Shown: positions 1-14,050, counted from the first letter of the stretch. The stretch: DNA of 64,000 bases from Chrysomallon squamiferum (GCA_012295275.1 CM022670.1:12586001-12650000); one strand, 5' to 3'. Notes: a model not told the origin generated them from the letters alone. Program-made: numbers and translations.

Positions 1-340
1 TTTTATGGTTGCTGTTAAACGTATTTATGAAGGTTTTTATGGTGATCCATTTTTGGAAACTTTATTTCGGGAACCATTGTTAAAAAATAAAAAAGCGAAA
101 GAGAAGACGTGGAGAAAACTTATTTGCAGTAATACCAGTTCAGTTTTTTTGATAACATAATTTATTGGACGTATCAATAATCTATTGAAAGCTTTTGCTT
201 TTCTGAAATGACACACTCAGGAGAAAGCAACTGCTGCAGAATAATTGTAGTAGTCAGTATGATATTATTACTACTATTACTATTATTATTATAATAATTA
301 TTATTACTATTGCTATTACTATTATTACTATTACTATTAC

Positions 341-374
<34 letters not shown>

Positions 375-584
375 GTTGTTGTTGTTGTTGTTGTTGTTGT
401 TTTTATTGTTGTTGTTGTTGTTGTTGTGGTCGTGGTGGTGGTTCTCGTTCTTATTATTTGATATCTTGAATAAAGGAATGATTTAATCTTTGTTAATCCA
501 AGAATTAAAAGATGGTATTTGGCTTCCATACTCTCCCTTTGAATACATATTCTACTGTTCGACGTAAGAATAAAACCAAATAAC

Positions 585-617
<33 letters not shown>

Positions 618-779
618 TTTTTATTTATTTTTTTCATTTTTTAAGTAGAAAGAGTGAGACAGAAATAAGGCTCCAGAATGATTCCATATGTTTATTTTTA
701 GCGAAGATCCCAGATCGCTGGAATAAAGCAGCAATAACTAATGGTGATATGTCTTAGTTAGAAATCATAGCATCCGATC

Positions 780-1032
780 ACTGACTGGCGGAAGCTTATT
801 GTAATTCCAATATTTATCAGTCACGTGACTGTGGCCACTGCGTCGAACGAAAATAGCGCGCACACCACTAGCAAACGTATTGTGTTGGGCAGCTCTTTGT
901 ACTGGAGCAGTTTATCGATTTCAAATCTGTTTCCAATTTTAACAAACCGTTTCAGATAAAATCATGAACTTAACTGGTTATAAGAGAGCGAGAGAGAGAG
1001 AGAAACGAGAGAAAAAATCAATCAGAATTATG
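780..1032 (+). promoter_or_regulatory. Putative promoter and first exon of the miR-981 host transcript
   Basis: CpG-rich island. Perfect 14-bp palindrome CAGTCACGTGACTG at 818-831 (CLEAR/USF-type E-box) and an ETS-like GGCGGAAG at ~787. Ends at a strong donor ATG|GTGAGT (1032/1033). An ATG at 964 is in frame to the donor (MNLTGYKRAREREKREKKSIRIM), but it spans a GA repeat, so it may be UTR. Confidence 0.55.
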
Positions 1033-1218
1033 GTGAGTAACTTCCTCTTTACCTGTGTTTTAAAAACGTTGTGAACTTTTTTTTCGTTTTTTTTTTTTTT
1101 TTTCCCCTACTATCCCACCCCCTGTCAGCACGAGCTGAGGCGAACGTGTGTTTTGATTCGGCGTTCACTGCACGGTGTTAGTGACGTCACAACCATGTGA
1201 TATATTTTACCTGTATAG

Positions 1219-1304
1219 CGACAGTGGCAAGATATTCAGTCACATTGGCAACCTTCATCAAAGAACGATGGAGTACAATTCGATGTGGCCTGGGACAGAG
1301 ATTA
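1219..1304 (+). other. Predicted 86-nt exon; may carry a start codon (MEYNSMWPGTEI, ending in phase 1)
   Basis: Acceptor ttttacctgtatag| at 1218 and consensus donor A|GTAAGT at 1305. Non-repetitive and GC-richer than flanks. All three frames are open, so the coding frame is undetermined. Confidence 0.6.
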
Positions 1305-1859
1305 GTAAGTACGTTTTTTTCTTATACTATGTTAGCATTAGTGTTCTTTTTTTTATTATTCTCTCTCTGTTACTCAGTATTAAGATACATTTTCAACCGT
1401 AGTTATATCATCAAATAGCAGACACTGTGTTTCGAATCTGTAATTAGTCATATGACTCGATGAATAGAGATAAGTAATCTAAACGCCCTTATGATAATAC
1501 CATATGGTATAGTATTTCGCAATACTATGGTATGCTGGGCAAATTCATCCATATGTTGGACAGACAAACCACTTGCTCGGAATTCAGACATGTAGACAGT
1601 CAAACCAGTTCAACGGTTTAGGGCTGAAAGACAAACTGATAACCTGAAATAGCTTAAGTCTTAAGATGGTCGTGAGATTTTCGACAGAAATACAACAGAG
1701 ATCCATTATAATATATTTATCGACGGGTTTTTGGAAGCTAGTATCAGTGACGTTCGGTTATTTTTTTTTTGTATTTTTTTAATACAAAAACCAGAAGAAG
1801 CATATGGCGCGAAACTGCAAAATCGATACTGCTATCTCATCAACTGATGCTGCTTTCAG

Positions 1860-1896
1860 CATTGCGACTTTATTTGGAACAAAGATTGCTGTTTGC
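1860..1896 (+). other. Predicted small exon just upstream of miR-981
   Basis: Branch-like CTGAT at ~1844, acceptor tgctttcag| at 1859, donor GC|GTGAGT at 1897. Confidence 0.35.
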
Positions 1897-1958
1897 GTGA
1901 GTGATGTGTATATGTGTTAGGAATACAAATCAAAGCTTGAGAAGATTTGGTTATTTTG

Positions 1959-2021
1959 ACGGGTTTCGCGATAGTGGAACAGTTCTGTTTTTTACGTGTT
2001 CGTTGTCGTCGAAACCTGCCT
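1959..2021 (+). ncRNA. mir-981: microRNA precursor, miR-981 (Mir-76 family); mature 3p UUCGUUGUCGUCGAAACCUGCC(U) at 1999-2020/2021
   Basis: The 3p arm matches the conserved protostome miR-981/Mir-76 mature sequence (seed UCGUUGU). The 5p arm ACGGGTTTCGCGATAGTGGAAC (1959-1980) pairs with it and leaves a 2-nt 3' overhang. Basal stem GTTATTT/AAATAAC (1950-1956 with 2023-2029). CNNC motif CGAC at 2038-2041, 17 nt downstream of the 3' cut. Confidence 0.95.
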
Positions 2022-2043
2022 TAAATAACGGCCTTATCGACAG

Positions 2044-2176
2044 AGGAGAAACATCAGCTCACGTCGCTTAACCAGAACTGTAATTTCGTCTTTTTGAGAT
2101 CATCATCGTGATCACGATGGGGGAAAAAAAAATGGAGAAAAACAGCTAATTTAAGAACCTCGCGCAGTCATTATGG
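2044..2176 (+). other. Predicted mostly non-coding exon ending ATGG|GT
   Basis: Possible acceptor ttatcgacag| at 2043 and strong donor TGG|GTGAGT at 2177. Stops in all three frames. Contains a short uORF (MGEKKMEKNS*) and a terminal ATG+G. Confidence 0.45.
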
Positions 2177-2683
2177 GTGAGTATGAAGACACAATTCATG
2201 GCAACGTGGCTGACATTAATGAATTTTGACACAGTCTTCGCGAAGGTGCTGATTTACAGCAAAACATTTCCCACAGAAAATAAAGACTGATAGTTTATGG
2301 ATAAGACCTGTTGCATTGATTTTGTTTAACTGTTGTCACTCCTTTTGTATTCTGTGAATTAATTAGCATTATTTTATTCTTAACTGCTGGTATTATTTAC
2401 TACTGATAATGATGCAGCTACTAGAGCTACTGCTTCAAATGCTACTACTACCACCACCGTCAAGACTACACCGCCACAACTACTATTGCTATTACTGCAA
2501 CTACAGCTACACCTGTTACTGTTACTGCTGTTTGTAGTCTGTAATAATAATATATAATAATAATAATAATAATAATTTGAATGTAATACTCATTCGTATC
2601 ACTGTCATCATCATTATGGTTATTACTGCAGTTACTACTGCTATTACTACTTCTGCTACTACTACAACTGATGTTGTCGTTTT

Positions 2684-2717
<34 letters not shown>

Positions 2718-3119
2718 TCCTACTGTTATTATTATTACTATTATTGACGATATGCCATTTCGTTAAATGTCGAAACGTTTTTGGGAATGGAAATATACAC
2801 GAAATGATTCTTCAGTAATTGCCTACATTTTCAAAATGGCGTCAAATCATTCTTTAACTTCATTCCTTCGTTACAGTTGACACCCACCTTCATTTTGTCT
2901 CGAATATTCGATTACCCCACACAGCTTTCATGACGTAAAAGTACACAGTGAGTGATATGGATATCTGGACATTTTGAAATGTGTTCTGCTTCCATCAGAG
3001 ACATTATTTTCAAGCACGCCTCTGTCTTCGAGAACACGTCAAACGTCTGCGAAATTGCTGAACGTAATTGTATTGTGTAAGTTCAGTATTAATACAGCGG
3101 TCTAGGATCATCTCTATTG

Positions 3120-3175
3120 ATGACTTCCTTTATGTGTCCAGTATAAAAGTGCTTGAACCCTGGCTCGCAGTTAAT
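3120..3175 (+). promoter_or_regulatory. Candidate TATA/Inr core promoter
   Basis: TATAAAAG at 3142-3149 and Inr-like GCAGTT with its A at 3169 (27 nt downstream of the TATA start). Confidence 0.3.
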
Positions 3176-3354
3176 GGCTCTCTGAATCGAATTTTTCGAT
3201 CTGTAGTTTAGTTGGGGTTTTTTTTTTTTTTTGTTACAAGACGTAACGTTGTATTAGTTAAAACGGCTATTCGTAAATAATAATAAAGAAAACAAAATAA
3301 CAGATAAAATAATAACAGTAATAATAAATAATAATAATAATAATAATAATAATA

Positions 3355-3396
<42 letters not shown>

Positions 3397-3900
3397 TTTA
3401 TTTTTATTTACTTGTATCGGTGACAGTCTGCGAAATTAATGATAATTTGAAGAAAAAAAACACCCAAACAACAAAACAACAACAGCATACACATAAATAA
3501 ATACATTCCTGAGAAATACACAAAGATACAAAAAAAAAAAATATATATATATTTAAAAAAAAAAATAAGCAAAGAAGCGATAGTAAAGTATTTAAAGCCA
3601 TAAATTGTTAATAAAATTTAAAAAAAAACAAAGAAGTACGACTATAAGGTAGATCAGTTTATTGGTCTCTAGTTCAGTCGTGTCCTCCACCGTGCAACAG
3701 ATGTTAGTTGTGTATAGAACGTTAAATGCTATTGATTGTTATAAAACAACCACGTTAATCACTTGTAGGTATAATTATTGCTATTTTTACACGCAATCTG
3801 TTTCACACAATCATTAATTTAATAGATATTCTACTTCATGTTTTCGCCGTGTCACATATGTTCCGCGTTTTTACTTATTTCTGTTACGTTTTCGTTGGTA

Positions 3901-3987
<87 letters not shown>

Positions 3988-4121
3988 TTCGTTATCTGTC
4001 TGTGAATGTATATATCCGTCTCTCTTTGTCTTGTCTCTCTTTCTCTCTTGTGTCTTTCTCCAACTCTCTCTGAATATATCGCTATATCTCTGTACGTCTC
4101 TTTTTCTTGTGTCTTTCTCTA

Positions 4122-4169
<48 letters not shown>

Positions 4170-4763
4170 AATGTGCCTATCTCTCATTCTTTCTATTTCC
4201 TTCTGATTATTTGTCCACTTAATATTATTAAAAAAAAAAAAAATATCTAATAGAAGTAGATTTAACAGATATCTTCTTTTTTTCTTTTTTGTCACATAAT
4301 TTGTTCAGCCGTTGATAAATCAGTTTTTACAATTTTAATATGAGCATCCATACTGAATATTTATAACAATCATTTTTTTATTTTTTGACAGTCGTGAAAC
4401 ACGTGTTACTGACAGAATAAATAATATAATGAAGAACATTAAACTGTTTGCTCCCATATTCGTCCTAAAAAACTAATTAAGTAATAAATCTCTAAATGTT
4501 TTTTTGTTAATCGTATTTAAACGAAAGACAAGGAAATAAATCAATAAATAAATAAGAAAGGCAAATAGAAAAAAAAAAATGTTACGAAGGAAGAAATGAT
4601 AGAAAGAAAGAAAATGAGAAAATCAGAGAAATATGATTAATGAACAAAATAAAGGATAGAAACAGAAAAAATAATTATAAAACGAAATTTAAAAATATTT
4701 AAAACAAAACAACGTAGAGACATATGTAGATACGTACACAACACACAGATATTAAAACACACA

Positions 4764-4801
<38 letters not shown>

Positions 4802-4929
4802 CACACATTCTCATATATACATATATACTCAAAAATCAATTTGGGTAGAAATGAATAAGTGACTGATCTTCTAATAGAGACTATTAACCAAATGTTCTGT
4901 GTTTGATCTAATAGAAACTGAATAGTTCA

Positions 4930-5545
4930 CTAACTATGTAAAAACTAGATAATTCAGTAATCACTTTTGTAAATACTAAATTATTCATCACTTAATATTA
5001 TCTTACTACGTGAAGATCAGTACTTCATCAAGTTATAGCAGTTAACTATGCGAAGTTCAGTAATTCACAGCGTAATGCTATTTAACTATGAAAAGATTTG
5101 TAATTCACCACATTATAATATTTAACTACGTGAAAATCAGTAATTCATCAAGTAATAATATTTAAATATGTGAAGATCAGTAATTCATCAAGTAATAATA
5201 TTTAAATATGTCAAGATAAGTAATTTATCACGTAATAATATATATCTATGTGAAAATCAGTAATTCATCACGTAATAATATTTAACTATGAAGATCAGTT
5301 GTTCATCACGTATTTGTATTTTACTATGTGAAGATCAGTAATTCATCACGTAATAATATTTAAATATGTGAAGATCAGTAATTCATCACGTAATGGTATT
5401 TTACCACGTGAATATCATTATTTCATAACGTAATAGTATTTCACTACGTGAAGATCTGTTGTTCATCACCTAATAGTATTTCACTACGTGAAGATCAGTT
5501 GTTCATCACGTAATAGTATTTAATTACGTTAAGATCAGTAATTTA
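4930..5545. repeat. Minisatellite, ~40-bp unit ACTATGTGAAGATCAGTAATTCATCACGTAATAATATTTA, about 14 copies
   Basis: Tandem copies read directly at 40-bp spacing from ~5005 to 5545, with degenerate copies upstream. Confidence 0.93.
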
Positions 5546-6769
5546 CTGCGCAAAGACAAAAAAATCAGTGTTGTAAATAGCTAATTAACGATCAATTCGT
5601 GTGCTACTCGCAAAGTTAATCTTCTGAAAAGAAAAAACAAAATGCTCTCATCTGTTCTAGCTGTTTCGGTTTAATGTTCTTATCGGGACTTTGTAACGTA
5701 TACTGTCCAGTAATGTCTTATTAATTTTTGTTTACAATGAAGCCACGATAGCAGGATTTCTAAACAGATATATTTAAATAGATATATATTAGGATACAGA
5801 CTTGCCATTTGTCAGTCCAGTATAAGTTTATGAATCCATTTTAGAAACAACAACATCGATGCATTAGTAAAAATATGTATTTGAGCTTGTCAAACTATTA
5901 GAACGTCGAAGGGGCTATGTTGATATCTGTTCATTTCTTTACACACAGTTTAAAAATGCATTAATCTGTGAAGTATTCTCACAATAATAATAATAATAAT
6001 AATAACAACAACAACAACAACATCAACAAGAACAACAACAATAACAGGAATAATAATAATATGAATAACATAAGCTAATGATAATTATAACAGTATAATA
6101 ATAACTTTAGCAGTAACAATGTTAGAAGTAATAGTAATAGTTGTAGCAGTAGAAGGATAGTGATAGATGATATAATAGCAGTAGCAGCAGTAGTAGTATA
6201 AGTAATAATAATAATAATAGTACAGTACAGTATAGTATAGTATACTATAGTATAGTAGTAGAAGTAGTTGTTATTCTGGCAGCAAAAGTTACTAGTAGTC
6301 GTAATGGCAGTGGTAGTTGTGATCATGACGATGAAGTAGTCAAATAAATATTTTGTATTGATCACAACAACAACAACGACAAAAGGACTGTTTTGATGTA
6401 TGTCTGACTGAATTTGTGCTGCACACAATTTAACGTTAAAAATGTTTTAATCTCTGAATTATTCTCACCATTACTGCAGCAGAACCGCCCAGTGACAAAA
6501 CTAATTTAGCAGAGGAAACCGATTTAAATGATCTTCAATAATCGGATACTTTATTTTGAACTGACGAAAAAAAAAAAAAAAATGGCACGCGTCAAACACG
6601 TGACAAATTAATTTTCTATTGATCTGTGCAGGGTGACATAAATAATACATCCGCCTTTATGAAGTAATTAAGTAATAAATTTTGAAAAGGTATTTTTGTG
6701 TTTCATCTGACAAGATTAATTTTCTGATATCTTTGTCGACTGGAAAAAGAGAAAAAGAAAGAAATGAAG

Positions 6770-6800
6770 AGAGATAAATAGATAGATAGATAGATAGATG

Positions 6801-6893
<93 letters not shown>

Positions 6894-7025
6894 CCAGGTA
6901 GGTAAGTAGGTAGGTAGGTAGGTAGGTAGGTAGGTAGATATATATATAGATAGATGGATAGATAGATAGATAGATACATAGATAGATAGATAGACAGAAA
7001 GACAGACAGATAAATAGATTAGATA
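6770..7025. repeat. Compound (GATA)n/(GGTA)n microsatellite
   Basis: Direct reading; explains the IYLS-repeat ORFs. Confidence 0.97.
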
Positions 7026-8351
7026 AACAGATGGCGACACAGAAAGAGAAAAATGGTGGAAAGGGGTGTAGTTGAAGAGTGACTGGGATAAACAGAAAGA
7101 GAGATCGATGGTGAAGGAAAAGATGGCGAAACAGAGTCGCAGAGAAATAAAAGAATTACAATAATCGTATAATCACAATAAACAAAAAAATCGAATAAAA
7201 ACAGCTTAACTACGTTTATACGACATTCTTTCCTTCTTTTTCTTTTTTCTTTATTTTCTTTTTTTTCTTTTTTTTTTTTGGATATCTATATTCAGTCTGC
7301 GCAAATAAAAATTCATTTCCGTCGGACAGTTTTTAACGACAGAGGGATTTCTAAATGGGCCGGAATTAATTGCAAAGAACCAGAAAACGTATCGCCAAAC
7401 GGAAAGAAAGCGAATGACAGATTTTCAAGAAAAACTCTGTGACGTCATTAACCTCTAAATGATATAGAATTCGAACTGAATAAACCGAAATGCTGTTGAA
7501 CACGTGATTAGTTAATTCGATATCGATTTAGACAGTGCGATAAAGCGATTAGTTGGGAAGTACTGTAATTATAAATGCGTTAAGGTCGCCATGGTTGTGT
7601 CTGGCCTGTCTGTGTATTAGATGACAACACGGCATATACCGTTCTGCAAAACGACACACACAGAGTTGTTGTTATTATTATTATTATTATTATTACTACT
7701 ACTACACTTGTAATAGTGTAGAAATAGCCGAAACAACTGCATTAGTAAAACTAATGATGCTAACAGGAGTGTTAATAATAGTTCTGTTGGTACAGATCAT
7801 CATCAGCAACAACATCAGCAGCAGCAGTAGCAGTAGTAGGTGTTGTTGTAAAAACAGTTATATCAAAGCATAAGTAATAGTTGTTGTTGTTGTTGCAGCA
7901 GTTGCAGAAGTAATAGCAGAAACGTGGATACAACAGTAGTAGTAGCTGAAGTAGGAGTTGTATTGATATTATTTATCATTTATAAATTTTTAGATATGGA
8001 TAAATGAATACAATGTAATGTATTTTATTTATTAAAAGCCAAAAAGCTGGTACTTACAAGGGATTTAACTGAATTTTATTTATTTTCCGTGTCGTTTATG
8101 CATTGATATATTACATGTATTCGAGAATAAAATGAATAGGTGGACGGACACACATATTACTGCGAGGTGTAAAGAGTAGACAACCGAAGCGTAATATGCT
8201 AAAGACCGATAACTCTGTTTATGATCTTGACGTACCTCTGACGAAACGAAGAAATAAGGTAAATACATATGACACACTTCCAAGTCACTGTTTTATTTTT
8301 ATTTATTTATTTTTATTTTATTTTATTTTTTAATAATTACAGGATAAGATA

Positions 8352-8384
8352 ATAGTAGTGGTAGTAGTGGTAGTAGTAGTAGTT

Positions 8385-8434
<50 letters not shown>

Positions 8435-8600
8435 TGTAGTAGTATTAGTAGTAGTAGTTATAGTAGGAGTATTATTTGTAGTTGTAGTAGTTGTAGCTGT
8501 AGTAGTAGTAGTTGTTGTAGTAGTAGTAATAGGCGTAGTAGTAGTTGTTGTTGTAGTAGTAGTAGTAGTGGTGGTGGTGGTGGTGGCAGTGCTGGTGGTA
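8352..8600. repeat. (GTA)n/(GTT)n/(GTG)n trinucleotide repeat
   Basis: Direct reading; explains the poly-Val ORF 8358-8750. Confidence 0.95.
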
Positions 8601-9036
8601 ATATCTATAATAACAGTAGGAGTAGAAACAGCATCAGTATTAATATTTGTACAAGTAGTAGTAATAGAAATTTCCTTTTTTATTTATTTTTTTTATTATT
8701 ATTATTATTTTTTGTTTTATTCAGTAATTAAGTTACGATTTAAATTTTAAAATTTCATTGTCATTAATTTAAATTTATATATAATATTGTGTTCGGTTAA
8801 TCATTATTTGATTTTTAATATATTCATTAAAAATTTCTGTCATCGAATGCTGTTGCGCAATCTACTAAAATTTTATTTTCTCCGTTTAAATTAGGTTTCA
8901 TAATTTATTTTATTATGCCTGATAGTAGCAATAGTAGTAGTAATAGTACTACTACTAATAATAATAATAATAATAATAATAATTAATTATGATTTTACAT
9001 TTTTATTTCAACAATCGGATTTTTATCAGTTCTCTA

Positions 9037-9092
<56 letters not shown>

Positions 9093-9599
9093 TTTATTTA
9101 TCTATTTATTTATTTACTTGTTTGTTTATTTATTCTCTTTTAATTTTTTATCAATTATTAAGTGTTTTATAAAAACAAGTTACGTTTTATTATTTTACAT
9201 TCTCTATTTAGTAAATCTATATTCCATATTTTATATAAATAAGCGAAATAAATTTTATTTAGATTTCTGATTTTTATATCGCTAAATATTGTTTAAATTA
9301 TTTTGTGATTGATACAGCCAGATAATCTATATATCAGATTTAATATTACCCGGTTACTGAATTTTGTTTTTAGATTTGATATCACATCAATTAATTCATC
9401 CATTTATGAATATCACTCTTCAAAATCAAATTACGATATTTTCACATCACAAATGTTCCAACCTCACCACATCAATACTTCAATAAATAAATAAATAATC
9501 AAATATCTTTTTTACACGCCTATTATGGGCTTATTCTTTAATATGCAATATCCTGATATGGAATATGATCAAAAAGGAGAGAAAAAAAAGAAGAAAAAT

Positions 9600-9785
9600 T
9601 TCATTTCAAGTAACATAACGATGTGTTTAAAATATAGATAATACTTCAGGTAATGTGCCGATGTGTTGAATATAATGATAGGGTTTCAGATAATATAACA
9701 AACTATGTTTAAATCATGGATAAGGTTTCGAGAAATAAAACGTTTTTAAAATATGGATAACTTTTCAAGTAACAACATTACGATA
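9600..9785. repeat. Degenerate ~42-bp tandem repeat, 4-5 copies
   Basis: Recurring TTTCA(A/G)GTAA...ATGTGTTTAAA-ATATGGATAA units. Confidence 0.6.
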
Positions 9786-12467
9786 ATTTTATAGGGGTAA
9801 CCAACCCTGTTAGAGACGCCGTTTCAGGATTATCAGAAACCTAGCTGAGCTCCCTGCCAAAATTTCTTGCAAATTATTAACCTGTCCCTTTCCAGAAATG
9901 GCTAAGCACGCTTGTCGTGCCCACTGCGAAAAACACCGCGACCAGTTGACACGAAAGATTCATGACGACGATGGTAATGATAAGCAACATCGGTTTAGAT
10001 ATGTCACATCTGTGATTCGCTCCACGTCACTCGAGAGACAGTTAGTGGTATCTGTTTCTCTTTTGCTAATCAGTAATAATCGTGATGAACAACATGCCGC
10101 GTTGAATTCTGTAGGCGAAAACACAATGATGATGATGAATTGGTATGCTAATTTCAAACTGCTGTTTCTATTAAGTTTTTTAATGTGTTTTTTTCTGAGA
10201 CGAGTAAAATGATACGTTTTACAAAACGCGTGACCCCCCAATATATGTAACATCCCTATAAATTTATTCTCCCAAGCGTGTGGTCTGTACAAACATTCAG
10301 TGAACATATTGTTCATTATCTAGTCGCGATTTGCTAATGCAAATCTCACAGACTGAAATATGTGACGTATTTTCTGTATGCGTATAATACACAGTATTAA
10401 ATCTTGAAGATCATCAAAAAAATATGTTTAATATTAGTTTATTGTTAAGGCCTGACCTTTTATTTTTATTATTATTATTAAAACACACACACAAACACAC
10501 TCTCACACACATACACACACACAAAGAAAACAAACAACAAAAACCCACACCAAGGTTTGTGCACCGAATTATATCATATATTGTTTATAGATATACAAAA
10601 TACATATATTATTAATGCATACATCAATACATACATACATTCATACATATATATATATATATATATATACATATAAACATAGATGCATACATACATGTTT
10701 AAGTATTTTAGGATATAAATGTAATAATAATAATAAAATTAGATAGAGATAGTCTACAGAAGTAGAAATACAGATAAAACAAGAATATATATATATATGT
10801 GTAATAATAAATAAAAAAAATATCTTTCAATGTTTTATCTGTACATACATAATTTTAAATATATCTATCTTGGCATATTTAGGCATATTTGTGTATGTGT
10901 GTGTATGTATGTATGTATGTATGTTTTTGTATATATGTATGCATGTATCTGTGTATGTATGTATATATACATATACTGTTAATTTAAGAAAAAATAATGG
11001 CCGCATTGATTCTCGATATCTTTATACATATATAAATGCAATTTGTTTTTAGATATACATTTTACAGTATTATTAATGGCATTAAAGAACATTATTTTCT
11101 CTATTTTCATTCAGTGAATATAATATTTCACATTAATTATTAGCAGTTTATATCTCAGCTCATTTCTTTATGTGTCAAACCAAGAATAATATTTTTTTTA
11201 CTAAAATTTATATGAATTTTTATTTCCTTTAATATCCATATATTTATTTTATTACCGTAAACAATAAATCATATTACATGCAAATAAATAAATAAATAAA
11301 AAAATAAATAAAAAAAATAAAAAATTGGGTTTTATTCTATTGTTTCAGGAATATTATTAAAGAAACTACAAAGTCAGTCAACTGAATTAATCAAGTAAAA
11401 AAATGTGTTAGTTGTTAAAATTCTATGCAAAATTCTGAGCTGAGACCACAAAAAGAGCTGCATATTTTACATACATTGTATTTAAACGATTTAAGATAAT
11501 AATGCTACCATTGTTTAGGGTCTTAAATAAATCCATGAAAATACTTTATTTGTGTTTTTTTCGAAATAATCATTTGAAAATTTAGAAAGTCAATCTTGTA
11601 ACGAGTCGAAAAGAGAGTTCATTCTTTTGCATGTTTAAACGGTTTAAAATATAATAAAGCTCCCATTGATTAGGTTATTAAATAAATCCATGATTATTAT
11701 ACTTTATTTGTGCTTTTTGAATAACTGTCTGCCATCACATTCATTTTTGAATAAAATATTCCGTTTAAACTGGAAAATTGTAAAGATGCCATCTTATAAT
11801 ACAGTAAATTATTTATAGATGTTTTAATGGCTTTATTATTGAAGCATATCCAAGGTAATTTGAAGCTATAGTACATTTTATTATAAATTCTTTATATGTT
11901 AAAATCTCTCCGTATTCTTTTACTAAACTATTATAAAATACTTTCATTACTGAAACAGCATATATATATATATATAAATTAGTATCTATACATATTTCTC
12001 TTTTATGTCAAACATTAATGGTTAAAATCTGAATTATATTTTGTTCCCACCTGATAGAGGTGACTCTCCAAAAACTGTTAAATATTTATTTATTTTGGAC
12101 TTTATAAAATAGATAAATAAATATTTGTTTGATATATTTCTGATAATTTTAAATAAAGTTTAGGTTTTTAAGAACATTCTTCTAATTCATATAAATTTTA
12201 AGGTTGTCAGTGACTGTATTTTAATACCCAGTTATATGTACCCGTCTTTGTATGTCTGTGTGTGAGATTGTGTGTGGTGTGTGTATGTGTATGTGTCTAT
12301 AAAACAAGTTTAATTTCAGACTGAAACACACACACACTCACACACACACACGTACACCCACACACTCAGACACAGTCTTACACACAAACATACACAACAT
12401 GTATTGTATGAAGACGGATACAGATAAAAGGGTATTAAAATAACACACAGCCACACCCACACACACC

Positions 12468-12551
<84 letters not shown>

Positions 12552-13168
12552 AAATGATATTTTTTTCTGTTTGTATCTAAGGTCATTGACAATGTCACTG
12601 AGCAACACGAAGTCTGCTATTGCTTAAAATTTGTTTTCAGATAATAAACACTACACATATATTTTACCTTCTGCCTATATCAGTGTAAAGCAAAATCCAT
12701 GTTCGGTACTTTAAAAAAAAAGTATTGAATAGATGTAGATTACAGCGGCTGGTGAACAGCTGGTGTTTAAATCCATAAACAAAGCAAGAAAAAGAAAAAC
12801 TTATAATAATAATAAGAAGAAGAAAAAGAATAAAAAGAAATTAGAAAATTATGAAAATTCAAACGAGAATTTTACTGACTTAAAGAAAACATACAAGGAG
12901 TCTTGACCCCGATTAACTCAGCTTCCATGTAAAAATGTTCTGTTTATGTGACCTTCACAGCAGTAAATTGTAACGTAAATATATCAAAGAAAATGATAAT
13001 TTTATAAAGCGTAGAAAATCGAATAGGCTTATTATGGCGCATTCCTCTAAAAACACATTCATAAGAGCTTGCAAGTGAATAGAATGTAGAACAAAGAATA
13101 AATAAGAAACACTGACAGAGAGAGAGATAGATAGATAGAGATAGAGAGAGAGAGGGAGAGGGAGAGCG

Positions 13169-13225
<57 letters not shown>

Positions 13226-13387
13226 CATTTTCCAATTCAGCCATAAAGTCTAGACTAAATTAACCTTCACATAAATAAGCATTTTATTTCACAACAGTTG
13301 TAAACCAACATAGGTCACGAAAACCTTTTATTATATCGATATTAAGTCTAGAGAAACAATAAATGGATTTCATTATCTCTGTTAAAC

Positions 13388-13436
<49 letters not shown>

Positions 13437-13935
13437 GCAGTGTTGATATAAAATAGCTAGGACAGTATGTGTATTTATTAGCAATAAAGTAAAATTCTAG
13501 ATGTTAAACCAGAATTTTTTTTTTTTTTTTTTTAAACACCGTATTATTGTTATCATTGTTGCTGTTATTGTTTCTGCTTTATCATCATCATCACCGTCAT
13601 CGTCATTGTCATCATCAACATCATCATCATTACTATTTTATAACTAATAATTTCGTTATGTACCTTCTAAACACGTTCCATGAATAACGAAGCACAAAGC
13701 ACGCATTATCTGTCTGCTGAATAGAAAGGTTACCTGGAGACACAAGCAATTGATCCAGCTCTCAGTGAAGCTACAGGTGAAGGCTTTAACAGACATGATA
13801 CAGTGAAGCCAGGTGTGAACAAATTACAGTCTGTCACAAGAAGAACAGAGTGTCTCTAATCCCAGGTTTGTATTGTGTGTTCCTTCAGATACAATATCTT
13901 GATCCTCCTTCCATCCCTGAATCTATCTATCTATA

Positions 13936-14050
<115 letters not shown>

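Noticed and set aside
1187-1205. TCACAACC, matching the miR-67/miR-307 5' end
   Set aside because: Similarity stops after 8 nt and there is no precursor hairpin.
4930-5545. CRISPR-like periodic array
   Set aside because: The whole 40-bp unit repeats with no unique spacers, there are no cas genes, and the context is eukaryotic.
11350-11395. Possible exon after tattgtttcag (ILLKKLQSQSTELI)
   Set aside because: Weak donor (GTAAAA) and background AT composition; expected by chance.
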